NCBI GenBank assembly: GCA_044338255.1
Contig: JBIILZ010000005.1
Coordinates: 2,718 to 66,717, forward strand
Direction: 5' to 3'
DNA: 64,000 bases
Source of the DNA: Planctomycetota bacterium
Lineage (GTDB): Bacteria; Planctomycetota; UBA11346
This document shows, piece by piece, positions 1-10,186 of this stretch (position 1 is its first letter; each line of letters begins with the position of its first letter). Under the pieces are notes generated by a model, which worked only from the letters and a program-made list of their open reading frames with translations, searched no databases and was not told the origin of the DNA. The translations under genes were made by a program, and so were the position numbers.

Positions 1-151
1 GGTGGCGGTCGAGCTCGGGCTCGATGATGGCCAGCAGGTGATCGTCAGCCGCGGGCTCAGCGCCGCTCAGCGCGTGGTCGCGCAGGCCCCCGGCTTCGTC
101 AGCGACGGGGCGGTGGTCAAGGTCGTCGACGCGTCGGCGGTGGAGAAATAG
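1..151 (+). CDS. RND efflux membrane-fusion (periplasmic adaptor) protein, C-terminal end (5' partial)
   Basis: Open frame enters the window (frame of nt 2) and ends TAG 149-151, 3 nt before the RND pump ATG. The tail ..VELGLDDGQQVIVSRGLSAAQRVVAQAPGFVSDGAVVKVV is HlyD/AcrA-like. Operon position supports the call. Confidence 0.5.
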   Translation, partial: VAVELGLDDGQQVIVSRGLSAAQRVVAQAPGFVSDGAVVKVVDASAVEK

Positions 152-154
152 TCC

Positions 155-3100
155 ATGACGGTGCCGATTTCCGCGTGGGCGATCCGTCAGCCGGTGGCAC
201 CGCTGGTGCTGTTCACCTTGCTGCTGGTGCTCGGCATCGGCGGCTGGATGAAGCTGCCGGTGCAGGGCATGCCCTCGATCGTCATTCCCGTGATCAGCGT
301 CACCGCCATCCAGGTCGGGGCCGCTCCGGCGGATCTCGAACGGCAGGTGACCCGGCGCATCGAAGCCGCGATCTCTGGCATCGCCGGGGTCAAGCATCAG
401 ACCTCGACGGTCTCGCCTGGCAGCAGTCAAACGGTAGTCGAATTCCAGCTTGAGGCACCGATCGATCGCGCCGCCAACGATGTTCGCGATGCCGTGGCGC
501 GGATCCGCGCCGAGTTGCCCGCGGGCGTCCGCGATCCGCTCATCGAGCGTATCGACATCACCGGCCTGCCGATCCTCACCTATGCCGTCGCCGGTACCGG
601 CCGCAGCGAGGACCAGCTGAGCTGGTTCGTGGATGACACTATCAGCCGCGAGTTGTTGGCGATTCCCGGCATCGCCAGCATCCGCCGCGATGGCGGCGTC
701 GGTCGCGAACTGCGCCTGGAACCCGATCCCGAGCGCTTGCAGGCCCTCGGCATCACCGTCGACCACATTGATCGCGCGGTGCGCGCGGCGGTCGCCGACC
801 TGCCCGGCGGACGCCTCATGGGAACGCAGCAGGAACGCCTAGTGCGCATCATCGGCGCCGAGGACCTCGGTGGCTTAAGCAGCTCGACGCGCCTCAGCGG
901 CGCGGCGGCCCTCGCCGAGGTGCGCATCGCCCTGCCCGGTGGGCGCACCGCCCGGCTCGGCGAACTCGGCACCATCAGCGACGGCCCCGCCGAGATGCGC
1001 AGCCTGGCGCAGGTCGACGGCCAGTCGGTGGTGGGCTTCTCGATAATCCGCGCCAAGGGCGCGAGCGAGGTCGAGGTCGCCGAAAAAGTCACCGCCCGCC
1101 TGGCGCAGCTGAGCCGGCAGAATCCCTGGCTGACCTTGACCAAGCTCACCGACTGGGTCCAGCCGACGCGCGATTCCTTCCACAGCGCGATGCTCTCGCT
1201 GGGCGAGGGGGCGGCCTTGGCGGTGCTGGTGGTGCTGATCTTCCTCCGCGATTGGCGGGCGACGATCATCGCCGGCGTGGCCATCCCCTTGTCAGTGGTG
1301 CCGACCTTCGCGGTCATGCAGCTGCTTGGCTTCAGTCTCAATGGCGTGAGTCTGTTGGCGGTGTCGCTGGTCGCCGGCATCCTTGTCGACGACGCCATCG
1401 TCGAGATCGAGAACATCGTGCGCTTCCAGCGCCAGGGCCTGACGCCGTGGCGGGCGGCGCTGATCGCCGCCGATCGCATCGGCCTAGCGGTGGTGGCGAC
1501 GACCTTCGCCATCGTCGTGGTCTTCCTGCCGGTTAGCGCCATGCCCGGCATTGCCGGCAAGTATTTCATCGAATTCGGCATCACCGTCGCCGTCGCGGTG
1601 TTCATGTCGCTGCTCGTGGCGCGCCTGATTACGCCTCTGATGTGCGCCTATTTCCTGCGCCCGGGTCCGGCGCACGCTGCCACGCAGGGGGCGCTCGCGA
1701 ACTGGTACCGGCGCCTGCTCGGCTGGTGCCTCGATCATCGGCGGACGACGCTGACCCTCGGCGTGCTGGTCCTCGCGGCCTCAATCGGCGGCGTTCCGTA
1801 CCTGCCGCAGGGTTTCGTCGCCGCCAGCGATCGCAGCCAGAGCATCGCCCAGATCGAGCTGACCCCCGGCACGCCCCTGGCCGTCGCCGAGCACACCGTG
1901 CAGCAGTTGGCGACGGTATTGCGGACCCAGCCCGAGGTGCGCTCGGTGTTTGCACGCATCGAGGTCCCGACCTCGATGCTGACCATCACCCTCGTGCCGC
2001 CGGACCAACGGCGGGTCTCGACCAAGGCCTTCGAGGGGCGCGTGCGCGCTGACCTCCAGCGCATCCCCGATCAGCGCTTCAGTTTTCTCGGCGACAACGG
2101 GCTCAAGGAAGTGATGGTGCAGCTGCTTGGTGATGATGGCGCCGACATCAGCGGCGCGGCCGGACGGCTGCAGCTGGCGATGGCGAGCCTGCCGTCGTTG
2201 GCCAATGTCAGCCTGGGTTCGAGCCAGCCGCAGCCGGAGCTGCAGATCCGCCCGCGCGTCGAGGCCGCGGCGCGCCTGGGGGTCGACGCGCAGCTGCTCG
2301 CCAGCGTCGTGCGCGTGGCCCTCCTCGGCGAGGACGACACCCTGTTGCCGCGTCTGGAGCTCGATGGACGGATGATCCCGGTGCGCGTGCAGCTCGCGGC
2401 CGGCGCCCGCCGCGACGTCGATCAGCTCCGCGCCCTGCGCGTGCCCACCGTCGCCGGTGGTAGCGTGCCCTTGAGCGCGGTTGCCGACATCACCTGGGCG
2501 GACGGGGCGGCGACGGTCGAGCGCTACGACCGTTCGCGGCGGGTGATGATCTCGGCGGATCTCGCGGCGCATGCCACGCTCGGCGAAGCCCTCAAGGCCG
2601 CCGCCGAGTTGCCGGCGTGGAAGAACCTGCCGCCGGGCGTGCGCGTGGCTCCCGCTGGCGATGCCGAGGTCATGGCTGAGCTCTTTTCGGGATTCATCAT
2701 CGCCCTCGGGCTGGGCGTACTCTGCGTCTACTTCGTGCTGGTGCTGCTGTACCATGACGTGGTCGTACCGCTGACCATTCTCGTGGCCCTGCCGCTGTCG
2801 CTGGGCGGGGCCGTCGCCGGCCTGGCGATGGCGCAGATGGCCTTGGATCTCTCCGCGCTCATCGGCCTGCTGATGCTCATGGGCATCGTCTGCAAGAATT
2901 CCATCCTGCTCGTCGATGAGGCCCTGCAGCAGCAGGCCGCCGGTCAGATTCGTCGCGAGGCGATGCTCACTGCCGGCACTACTCGCGCCCGGCCGATCAT
3001 CATGACCACCTTGGCGATGGTCGCGGGCATGGTGCCGGTGGTCCTCGGCTGGTCGCCGGATGCGTCCTTCCGCGCGCCGATGGCGGTGACGGTGATGGGC

Positions 3101-3241
3101 GGCCTGCTGGCCTCGACGGTGCTGAGCCTGGTCTTCGTGCCGGTGGTCTTCACGGCCTTCGACGACCTGCGGACGTGGGCCGGGCGGCGGGCGGGATCCC
3201 TGCTCAATCCCGCGGAGAGCGACCCCGTCGACTCACCCTGA
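155..3241 (+). CDS. RND-family (AcrB/HAE1-like) efflux permease
   Basis: 1028-aa ORF with a 12-TM-type layout and two large periplasmic loops. The start MTVPISAWAIRQPVAPLVLFTLLLVLG and ..VDDAIVEIENI.. are typical of AcrB-like pumps. Confidence 0.9.
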   Translation: MTVPISAWAIRQPVAPLVLFTLLLVLGIGGWMKLPVQGMPSIVIPVISVTAIQVGAAPADLERQVTRRIEAAISGIAGVKHQTSTVSPGSSQTVVEFQLEAPIDRAANDVRDAVARIRAELPAGVRDPLIERIDITGLPILTYAVAGTGRSEDQLSWFVDDTISRELLAIPGIASIRRDGGVGRELRLEPDPERLQALGITVDHIDRAVRAAVADLPGGRLMGTQQERLVRIIGAEDLGGLSSSTRLSGAAALAEVRIALPGGRTARLGELGTISDGPAEMRSLAQVDGQSVVGFSIIRAKGASEVEVAEKVTARLAQLSRQNPWLTLTKLTDWVQPTRDSFHSAMLSLGEGAALAVLVVLIFLRDWRATIIAGVAIPLSVVPTFAVMQLLGFSLNGVSLLAVSLVAGILVDDAIVEIENIVRFQRQGLTPWRAALIAADRIGLAVVATTFAIVVVFLPVSAMPGIAGKYFIEFGITVAVAVFMSLLVARLITPLMCAYFLRPGPAHAATQGALANWYRRLLGWCLDHRRTTLTLGVLVLAASIGGVPYLPQGFVAASDRSQSIAQIELTPGTPLAVAEHTVQQLATVLRTQPEVRSVFARIEVPTSMLTITLVPPDQRRVSTKAFEGRVRADLQRIPDQRFSFLGDNGLKEVMVQLLGDDGADISGAAGRLQLAMASLPSLANVSLGSSQPQPELQIRPRVEAAARLGVDAQLLASVVRVALLGEDDTLLPRLELDGRMIPVRVQLAAGARRDVDQLRALRVPTVAGGSVPLSAVADITWADGAATVERYDRSRRVMISADLAAHATLGEALKAAAELPAWKNLPPGVRVAPAGDAEVMAELFSGFIIALGLGVLCVYFVLVLLYHDVVVPLTILVALPLSLGGAVAGLAMAQMALDLSALIGLLMLMGIVCKNSILLVDEALQQQAAGQIRREAMLTAGTTRARPIIMTTLAMVAGMVPVVLGWSPDASFRAPMAVTVMGGLLASTVLSLVFVPVVFTAFDDLRTWAGRRAGSLLNPAESDPVDSP

Positions 3242-5272
3242 GACCGGCGCTGCCGGTGCGGGCGCCAGCGGCAGGGGGATGTGGAACCAGAAGGTGCTGC
3301 CGATGCCCATCTGGCTGTCGACGCCGATGACTCCGCCCATGAGCGTGACCAGGCGCTTGCTGATCGCGAGACCCAGGCCGGTGCCGTCATGGCGTCGGGT
3401 GGAGAGGTCGCCGGCTTGGAAGAAAGGCGTGAACAGTCGTGGCTGGAGCTCAGGCGCGATGCCCGGTCCGCTGTCACGGACGCGGAAGTGCCAGCGCGGA
3501 ATCGGCGCTGGTTCGATGTCGACGCTGATCTTCACCTCGCCCTCGGCGGTGAACTTGATGGCGTTACCGATCAGGTTCACCAGGACCTGACGCAGGCGCA
3601 CGGCATCGCCCAGGACCAGCAGGTTGAGGTCGCTGGCGATCTCGCTGGTGATGGACAGCTGCTTGCGGTCAGCCGCGTGGCGTAAGAGCGCGATGACCTC
3701 GTTGACCACTTGCCGAGGGTTGAAAGCCGTAGCTTCGAGATGCAGGCGGTCGGCGTCGAGGCGCGAGAGGTCGAGGATGTCGTTGATGACCGTCAGCAGG
3801 CTGCGCGAGGAATGGAGGATGGTTTCGGCGATCTCGCGGTCTTCGTTGCCGAGGGGCCCATCGAGGAGCAGTTCGGTCATGCCCATGATGCCATTCATGG
3901 GTGTGCGGATCTCGTGGCTCATGTGCGCGAGGAATTCGCTCTTGGCGCGGTCGGCGGCTTCGGCGGCGTCCTTGGCCTGGCGCAGGCTGAGCTCATTCTG
4001 CTGGCGCTGGGTGACGTCGCGGAGGACCGCGAGGATGCATTCCTCACCGCCATGATTGATGATGCGGCCGGAAACCTCGAGCTCGATGACTTGGCCATTC
4101 TGGTGGGCGCTCGACATCTGCAGCGCGGAGAACTCGCCGTTGGTGCGGAGGGCGTCGACCATCCGCTGACGATTGATGTGATCACGCCACAAGCCGACCT
4201 CGATGGTGGTCTTGCCGATGAGGTGGTCGGGTGGCCAGCCGAAGAGCGCGAGTACCGCCGGATTGGCATCGACGATGAAGCCATCGGTCAAACGCGTCAC
4301 CAACAGGGGGTCGGGCACCATGGTGAAGATGCTCGCGAAGCGCTGGTCGCTATTGATCGCCTCGGTGGCGGTGCGGCGGAATTCCTGGAGCAGCCCGCAC
4401 AGCACCAGCGACGACAAGGCGATCAAGGTCAGATATAATTGCACCATCAGGACCCGTGTTTCCGGGGGCAGGTGCGACATCAGCAGGCTCTTCTCGGAAT
4501 AGGGATACGAGAGCGCAGCGGTGAGCGCGATCAGCGCCACCAACGATACGGTCAGCAACGATCCGCCGCGTATCGCCGACCACAGCAGCAGTGGTACGGT
4601 CAGGGTCGGCATGAGAATTTCCGCCGGCAGGGGCAGCGGATAAATAGTGATGGTCAGCGTGCCGCCGACGACTACAGCCATCAGCAGCAGGGCTTCGGCG
4701 ATGACCCACGGACGGTTCCTGGTCACCTGCGCATGCAGCAGGGCCAGGGCTACCGGGGCCGCGGTCAGCAGGCCGAGCAATTCCGAGGCCGAGAAGCGTG
4801 CCCACAGCAGGCCAAATGAGGCCGAGGTGCTGGGATTCATGGTCGCCGCCGCGACCAGCGCATAGATCGCGGAGCACAGTGCGGAAAGCACAAGGAACCG
4901 GCCGCCGGCGACGAGACCTTCCGAAGGCAGGTGTTGGCGCCCGCCCTTGCCCAGGATCACGCCGATAGCGGTGGCCACCAGTACGTGGTACAGGCCGAGC
5001 AGTGCCGCCAGCCACGGGGCCAGGGGTGAGGCGAGCGCGGCGATCTGTATCGCCACGAAGATGCCGGCGATCAGCCATGGACGTTCGCGGCGGCTGGCGG
5101 CGGCGATCCACGCCAGCGCCAAGCCATCGACCGGCCACATGAGCGTCACGCCCAGCCGCGCCGGGGTCAGCCAGCAGATGGTTGCGAGCGTGGCGGCGAG
5201 CACGCTGAGGCAGGCGATAGCCATCCATCCCCAACGTAAGGGGGTGGTAGGTAACGGGCGCTGCAGACGCAT
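3233..5272 (-). CDS. Sensor histidine kinase (multi-TM MASE1-like N-terminus, PAS, HisKA, HATPase_c)
   Basis: H-box FLAHMSHEIRTPMNGI, N-box LIGNAIKFT, G1 DSGPGI, G2 GTGLGLAI. PAS-like segment FASIFTMVPDPLLVTRL... Start chosen at MRLQRPL (5272), leaving a 123-bp divergent spacer to mreB. Confidence 0.85.
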   Translation of the reverse strand: MRLQRPLPTTPLRWGWMAIACLSVLAATLATICWLTPARLGVTLMWPVDGLALAWIAAASRRERPWLIAGIFVAIQIAALASPLAPWLAALLGLYHVLVATAIGVILGKGGRQHLPSEGLVAGGRFLVLSALCSAIYALVAAATMNPSTSASFGLLWARFSASELLGLLTAAPVALALLHAQVTRNRPWVIAEALLLMAVVVGGTLTITIYPLPLPAEILMPTLTVPLLLWSAIRGGSLLTVSLVALIALTAALSYPYSEKSLLMSHLPPETRVLMVQLYLTLIALSSLVLCGLLQEFRRTATEAINSDQRFASIFTMVPDPLLVTRLTDGFIVDANPAVLALFGWPPDHLIGKTTIEVGLWRDHINRQRMVDALRTNGEFSALQMSSAHQNGQVIELEVSGRIINHGGEECILAVLRDVTQRQQNELSLRQAKDAAEAADRAKSEFLAHMSHEIRTPMNGIMGMTELLLDGPLGNEDREIAETILHSSRSLLTVINDILDLSRLDADRLHLEATAFNPRQVVNEVIALLRHAADRKQLSITSEIASDLNLLVLGDAVRLRQVLVNLIGNAIKFTAEGEVKISVDIEPAPIPRWHFRVRDSGPGIAPELQPRLFTPFFQAGDLSTRRHDGTGLGLAISKRLVTLMGGVIGVDSQMGIGSTFWFHIPLPLAPAPAAPVSG

Positions 5273-5395
5273 GCTTTCGGCGATTCGAATCTGGGCCACA
5301 CCGCCCCCTTGGCGTTGACGGTAGGACCGAGAGCTACTCTCACAAGCCGTCCCGGAGGGTTGCGCCTCGCCATCGTGGCCCACGATAGACCGGCG

Positions 5396-6448
5396 ATGGG
5401 CCTGCTCGACAACTTCATGCGACTATTCAGCCTCGACCTGGGTATCGATCTCGGCACAGCTAATACGCTGGTCGCAGTTCAGGGCAAAGGCGTGGTACTG
5501 TCGGAGCCGAGCGTGGTCGCGGTCAAGCGCGGGACCAAGACCGTGCTTGCCGACGGCATGGCCGTGGGCGACATGGCCAAGCTGATGATCGGCAAGAATC
5601 CCGCCAACATCGAAGTCATCCGCCCGATGAAGGACGGCGTCATCGCCGATCTCGAGATCACCGAGGCGATGCTGCGCTACTTCATCAACAAGGCCGGTGG
5701 TCGGCGCGGACCTTTTCGCCCGCGTCTGGTGGTCGCCGTGCCCTCGGGCCTCAATGAGGTCGAAAAGGGCGCCGTCACCAACAGCGCCATCCAGGCCGGG
5801 GCGCGTGAGGTGTTCCTCATCCAGCAACCGATGGCGGCGGCCATCGGCGCCGGGCTGCCGGTGGGCGACGCGGTCGGGTCGATGATCGTCGACATCGGCG
5901 GTGGAACCACCGAGGTGGCGGTGATCTCGCTCGCCGGCATCGTTGCCTCGGAATCGGTGCGCGTCGCCGGCGACGAGCTCAACCACGCCATCGCCCGCCA
6001 CATCAAGAACACCTATTCCATGGAAGTCGGCGAGAACACCGCCGAACAGGTGAAGATGCAGATCGGCTCGGCGCTGATGCTCGACCCGGAGGAGCGCATG
6101 CGCATCCGTGGCCGCGACCTGCGCAGCGGTATGCCCACCGAAGTCGAGGTGACCTCGACCGAGATCACCAATACCATCAAGCCGCAGGTGACCTCGATCG
6201 TGAATTCGGTGAAGATGGTGCTCGAACGCACCGCTCCCGAGCTCGCCAGCGATCTGCTCGATCGCGGCATCACCATGGCCGGTGGCACCAGCCAGCTGCG
6301 TGGCTTGGCCGAGCTGCTGGCGCGCGAGACCGGCCTGCCCTGCCGGGTCGCCGATGACTCGCTGACCTGTGTCGCGCGCGGCTGCGCGGCCCTGCTCGAC
6401 AATCTCGATTCGCTGAAGCAGATGCTGGAAACCGGGAATAAGTCGTAA
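5396..6448 (+). CDS. mreB: Rod-shape-determining actin homologue MreB
   Basis: MGLLDNFMRLFSLDLGIDLGTANTLV.. and DIGGGTTEVAVISL motifs. Start moved to the internal ATG at 5396. Confidence 0.9.
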   Translation: MGLLDNFMRLFSLDLGIDLGTANTLVAVQGKGVVLSEPSVVAVKRGTKTVLADGMAVGDMAKLMIGKNPANIEVIRPMKDGVIADLEITEAMLRYFINKAGGRRGPFRPRLVVAVPSGLNEVEKGAVTNSAIQAGAREVFLIQQPMAAAIGAGLPVGDAVGSMIVDIGGGTTEVAVISLAGIVASESVRVAGDELNHAIARHIKNTYSMEVGENTAEQVKMQIGSALMLDPEERMRIRGRDLRSGMPTEVEVTSTEITNTIKPQVTSIVNSVKMVLERTAPELASDLLDRGITMAGGTSQLRGLAELLARETGLPCRVADDSLTCVARGCAALLDNLDSLKQMLETGNKS

Positions 6449-8703
6449 TGCCACTCGAAACCGTCACCGTCCATGCGCTGGTTACGGGAGCGGTACACGA
6501 CCCGTTCAGCATCCTCGGCCTGCACGCCGAAGGCAGCACCTGGTGGATCCGCGCCTGGGTCCGCGGCGCCACCGCCTGCACCCTTGTGCCGCGCGACGGC
6601 GGTGCAGAAACGGTGCTCAAGCTGCGCCATGAGGCGGGCCTCTTCGAAGCCGCCCTGCCCGGACGTACAGAACGTTTCGCCTATGATCTCAAGATCGTGC
6701 GCGAGAGCCGCGAAGGCCGCGAAGGCCGCGAGAGCCGCGAGAGCCGCGAGAGCCAGCCGGCGGAGCTGATCCCCGATATCTATGCGTTCTGGACGCAGCT
6801 ACCGACCTTCGATCTCGATCTTTTCCGCGCCGGTCGTCATCACCACCTGGGCGATGTCCTGGGCGCGCAGGCGCTGACCGTCGATGGCGTCGATGGCGTG
6901 CGCTTCGCGGTGTGGGCCCCGAATGCTTCGCGGGTCTCGGTGGTCGGGGACTGGAACCGTTTCGACGGCACCGCCCAGCCCATGCGTCCGCGCCAGCCGT
7001 ATGGCGTGTGGGAGATCTTCCTGCCCGGCGTGGCCCCGGGGATGCTCTACAAGTTCGAGGTCCGCTCGCCCACCGGCACGCTGCGCATCAAGGCCGATCC
7101 CTATGCCTGGGAAGCCGAGCAGTCGCCGGCCACCGCCAGCATCGTGCCGCGTCTCGATACCTATGCCTGGAGCGATCAGCCATGGATCCTCGAGCGCGCC
7201 ACGGTCGATCACCTGACTCGACCGATGGCCATCTATGAGGTCCATCTCGGCTCCTGGCACCGCGGGCGTGAGCCCGATGCCTGGCCCAACTACCGCGTCA
7301 TCGGCCAGGAGCTGATCCGCTACGTCCTCGCCCTGGGCTTCACGCACATCGAGCTGCTGCCCTTGGCGCAGCATCCCTTTGAAGGTTCGTGGGGCTACCA
7401 GGTCACCGGTCAATACGCTCCCAACAGCCGCCACGGCAGCCCCGACGACCTCAAGTGGTTCGTCGATCAGTGCCATCAGGCGGGCCTCGGGGTGATCGTC
7501 GATTTTGTCCCCGGGCACTTCCCCAAGGACGACTTCAGCCTCGCCGCCTTCGACGGCACGCCGTGCTACGAATACGCCGATCCCCGCGAAGGCGAACACA
7601 AGACCTGGGGCACCCTGGTCTTCAACTTCAGCCGTCCGGAAGTGCGCAATTTCCTGCTCGCGGCAGCGCTGCACTGGTGCCGGCGCTTCCACATCGACGG
7701 ACTGCGCGTCGATGCCGTGAGCTCGATGCTCTACCGCAACTACGATCGCGAGCCGGGGGCCTGGGTCGCCAACCGCCACGGAGGCACGTCCAATGACGAG
7801 GCGGTGACCTTCCTTCAGGAGCTCACCACCACCGTGCGCGGGCAATTCCCCGGCGTGCTCACCATTGCCGAGGAATCGACGGCGTGGCCGGGCGTGACCG
7901 CGCCCACCGAGCTCGGCGGCCTGGGTTTCGACCTCAAGTGGAACATGGGCTGGATGCACGACACCCTTGGCTATCTCAGCCAGGATCCGCTGATGCGCAG
8001 CGGCTGTCACAACCGCATCACCTTCCATCAATGGTATGCCTACGACGACAAGTGGGTGTTGCCGCTGTCGCACGATGAAGTGGTGCACGGCAAGTACAGC
8101 CTGATCGACAAGCTTCCCGGCGACTGGTGGCGCAAGCGCGCCCAGCTGCGTCTGATGCTCGGCTATCAGGTGGCGGTGCCCGGGCGCAAGCTGCTCTTCC
8201 AGGGTGGTGAGTTCGGCCAAGGTCGCGAGTTCGCTTGGGATCGCGCCGTCGACTGGAACGAGGCCGCCGAGCCCGAGCGCCGCGGCATCACCGCCTTTCT
8301 GGCCCGCTGCCTGGCGCTCTACCGCAGTGAGCCAGCGTTGTTCCGCCGGGACGATCACCGCGATGGTTTCCACTGGACCGATCACACCAATAGCGCCGAG
8401 AGCGTGGTCGCCTTCTTGCGTCGCGCGCCCGGGGCCCGCGACATCCTGGTGGTCTGCAATTTCACGCCCGTGCCGCGTCATGACTATCGTCTCGGCGTGC
8501 CGATGACGGGCGCCTGGGAGCAGCTGGTCTGCAGCGATGATCTGGCCTTCGGCGGCTCGGGGGTGGGGGTTGGCGCCCTCGCCCACGCGGTGGTCCACCC
8601 GCACCACGAATTGCCGGCTTCGTTCGCATGGGACCTGCCGCCGCTGGGCATCTGCTTCTTCCGCGCACCGTTGAATCCGCCTGTCTCCGGCGATCAGCCG
8701 TAG
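6448..8703 (+). CDS. glgB: 1,4-alpha-glucan branching enzyme
   Basis: GH13 motifs GVIVDFVPGHF, HIDGLRVDAVSSMLY, IAEESTAWPGVT, LPLSHDEVVHGK. The start overlaps the mreB stop (TAATG). Confidence 0.9.
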   Translation: MPLETVTVHALVTGAVHDPFSILGLHAEGSTWWIRAWVRGATACTLVPRDGGAETVLKLRHEAGLFEAALPGRTERFAYDLKIVRESREGREGRESRESRESQPAELIPDIYAFWTQLPTFDLDLFRAGRHHHLGDVLGAQALTVDGVDGVRFAVWAPNASRVSVVGDWNRFDGTAQPMRPRQPYGVWEIFLPGVAPGMLYKFEVRSPTGTLRIKADPYAWEAEQSPATASIVPRLDTYAWSDQPWILERATVDHLTRPMAIYEVHLGSWHRGREPDAWPNYRVIGQELIRYVLALGFTHIELLPLAQHPFEGSWGYQVTGQYAPNSRHGSPDDLKWFVDQCHQAGLGVIVDFVPGHFPKDDFSLAAFDGTPCYEYADPREGEHKTWGTLVFNFSRPEVRNFLLAAALHWCRRFHIDGLRVDAVSSMLYRNYDREPGAWVANRHGGTSNDEAVTFLQELTTTVRGQFPGVLTIAEESTAWPGVTAPTELGGLGFDLKWNMGWMHDTLGYLSQDPLMRSGCHNRITFHQWYAYDDKWVLPLSHDEVVHGKYSLIDKLPGDWWRKRAQLRLMLGYQVAVPGRKLLFQGGEFGQGREFAWDRAVDWNEAAEPERRGITAFLARCLALYRSEPALFRRDDHRDGFHWTDHTNSAESVVAFLRRAPGARDILVVCNFTPVPRHDYRLGVPMTGAWEQLVCSDDLAFGGSGVGVGALAHAVVHPHHELPASFAWDLPPLGICFFRAPLNPPVSGDQP
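6703..6756 (+). repeat. In-frame 9-bp tandem repeat x6 inside glgB (ESR EGR EGR ESR ESR ESQ)
   Basis: gagagccgc/gaaggccgc units read directly from the sequence. Confidence 0.95.
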
Positions 8704-8924
8704 AGCAGAGCGTTCGCGATCCGAGGGCGATCCGAGGTTGATGTTTCAGGCATTGAGGGTGATGACCCTGTCATCATGGACGCTGTCCTTAGCGTTTTTG
8801 ATCCGCAGCTTCACAGGCGCTTCCGTTCCCGTTATTTCCTTTCTTCGGCGCTGAAGCTGGCGGCGTGGATGCCGCGAACACCACTAAAGCGCAAAAGCAA
8901 AAGCAAAAGCAGGATCAGTTCAGG

Positions 8925-9242
8925 TCAGGTCAGGTTGCGGCAACGTTCCGAGACGCTCAGGCCGGCGGCGAGCAGGTGCTCGCGGATCGCCGGCCGTTGG
9001 GCGTCCGGCCCGCGCAGCACGAGGCCAATGATCGTACCGCTGGCACGATGGTAGCCGAGGACCTCTATTTCGCGCAGACTGCCGAAGGTCACCTCACCGT
9101 GATTTTCTCCGGGAACCTCGCCGGCGGGCGCCCATTCTTCGCGCCAGGTCACGATCGCCTTTTGTATCCCTCTGTCCTGCAATGTCTTTTCAAATTCAAG
9201 CAAGTCTTTGCAGACGATCTTCAAGGCCGCTTTGTGTGACAT
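8925..9242 (-). CDS. Small hypothetical protein (about 105 aa)
   Basis: ORF with high GC3 and start MSHKAALKIV. No family recognised. Confidence 0.4.
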   Translation of the reverse strand: MSHKAALKIVCKDLLEFEKTLQDRGIQKAIVTWREEWAPAGEVPGENHGEVTFGSLREIEVLGYHRASGTIIGLVLRGPDAQRPAIREHLLAAGLSVSERCRNLT

Positions 9243-9366
9243 CCCGTTCCTTGAGCCCTGTGGCACTGCGCGTACCATCGCTTGTCGATATGTACCAGAT
9301 TACCCCGCCTTGGCCGAGTCCTAGCACGAGTCCGACTGGCAGGCCTGCGGACTGCGGCAACGTGTG

Positions 9367-10164
9367 ATGAGCGCGCCTGAACCGGCCATTGAAGTGACCC
9401 GCGACGAGGTCGCCTCCGCCGCCGATCGGCTATTCCGCTGCCGGCGTCTACTGGTCATCGTCGGCGCCGGTGGCAGCGCCGATTCCGGAGTTCCAACCTT
9501 TCGTGACGAAGGCGGTCTGTGGCAGACCCATCGCCCTGAAGACCTCGCCCATCCCGATGCTTTTCGCGCCCATCCGCAGGTCGTATGGACGTGGTACAAC
9601 GAACGCCGAGCTGGCATCCGGGCCGCCGTGCCGCATAGCGGCCAACGCGCGCTGGCACTGCTGCAACGGCATTTCCGCGCTGCCGAAGTGCTGGTGGTGA
9701 CGACCAACGAAGACGATCTCCTCGAACGGGCGGGCGTCGAGCCAGTGGTCCACCTGCATGGCTCGGTCTTCGAAACCGCCTGCGCCGCTGCCTGCGGTTG
9801 GCGGGCGGTCGATCGCGATGGAGCTTTCAGCCTTCAGCCTTGTCCCGCTTGCGGGGCGTTGACCCGTCCGGGCTCGGTGTGGTTCGGCGAAGCCCTGCCC
9901 CCCGAACCCTTGGAACAGATCGCCGGCTTCCAGCCCGACGGCTGTCTGGTGGTTGGCAGCTCATGCCTGGTGGCGCCGGTATCGCAGATCCCTATCGACC
10001 TCGCCCTCGGCGGCGTGCCGGTGATCGAGGTCAACCCGCAACCGACGCCGCTCTCGCAACATGCGCTCAGCCTGCGCGGTGCGGCCAAGGACGTCCTCCC
10101 GCGCCTGGTCGATCTGCTGACCTCGACCACCATGCGTGACCAGCGTACGCGTACCGAAAGCTGA
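9367..10164 (+). CDS. Sir2-family NAD-dependent protein deacylase
   Basis: GAGGSADSGVPTFRDEGGLW, TTNEDDLLERAG and HLHGS sirtuin motifs. Confidence 0.85.
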   Translation: MSAPEPAIEVTRDEVASAADRLFRCRRLLVIVGAGGSADSGVPTFRDEGGLWQTHRPEDLAHPDAFRAHPQVVWTWYNERRAGIRAAVPHSGQRALALLQRHFRAAEVLVVTTNEDDLLERAGVEPVVHLHGSVFETACAAACGWRAVDRDGAFSLQPCPACGALTRPGSVWFGEALPPEPLEQIAGFQPDGCLVVGSSCLVAPVSQIPIDLALGGVPVIEVNPQPTPLSQHALSLRGAAKDVLPRLVDLLTSTTMRDQRTRTES

Positions 10165-10186
10165 GTGGCGTGGCGCGGACCGCTTC

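Noticed and set aside
6799-8607. 602-aa minus-strand ORF.
   Set aside because: It is antisense to glgB and has the same GC-driven artefact composition.
8704-8924. A 221-bp intergenic region after glgB, examined for a tRNA or other structured RNA.
   Set aside because: I could not fold a cloverleaf or a conserved riboswitch-like motif by eye. It contains only microsatellites, (gcaaaa)x3.5 and (tcagg)x3.
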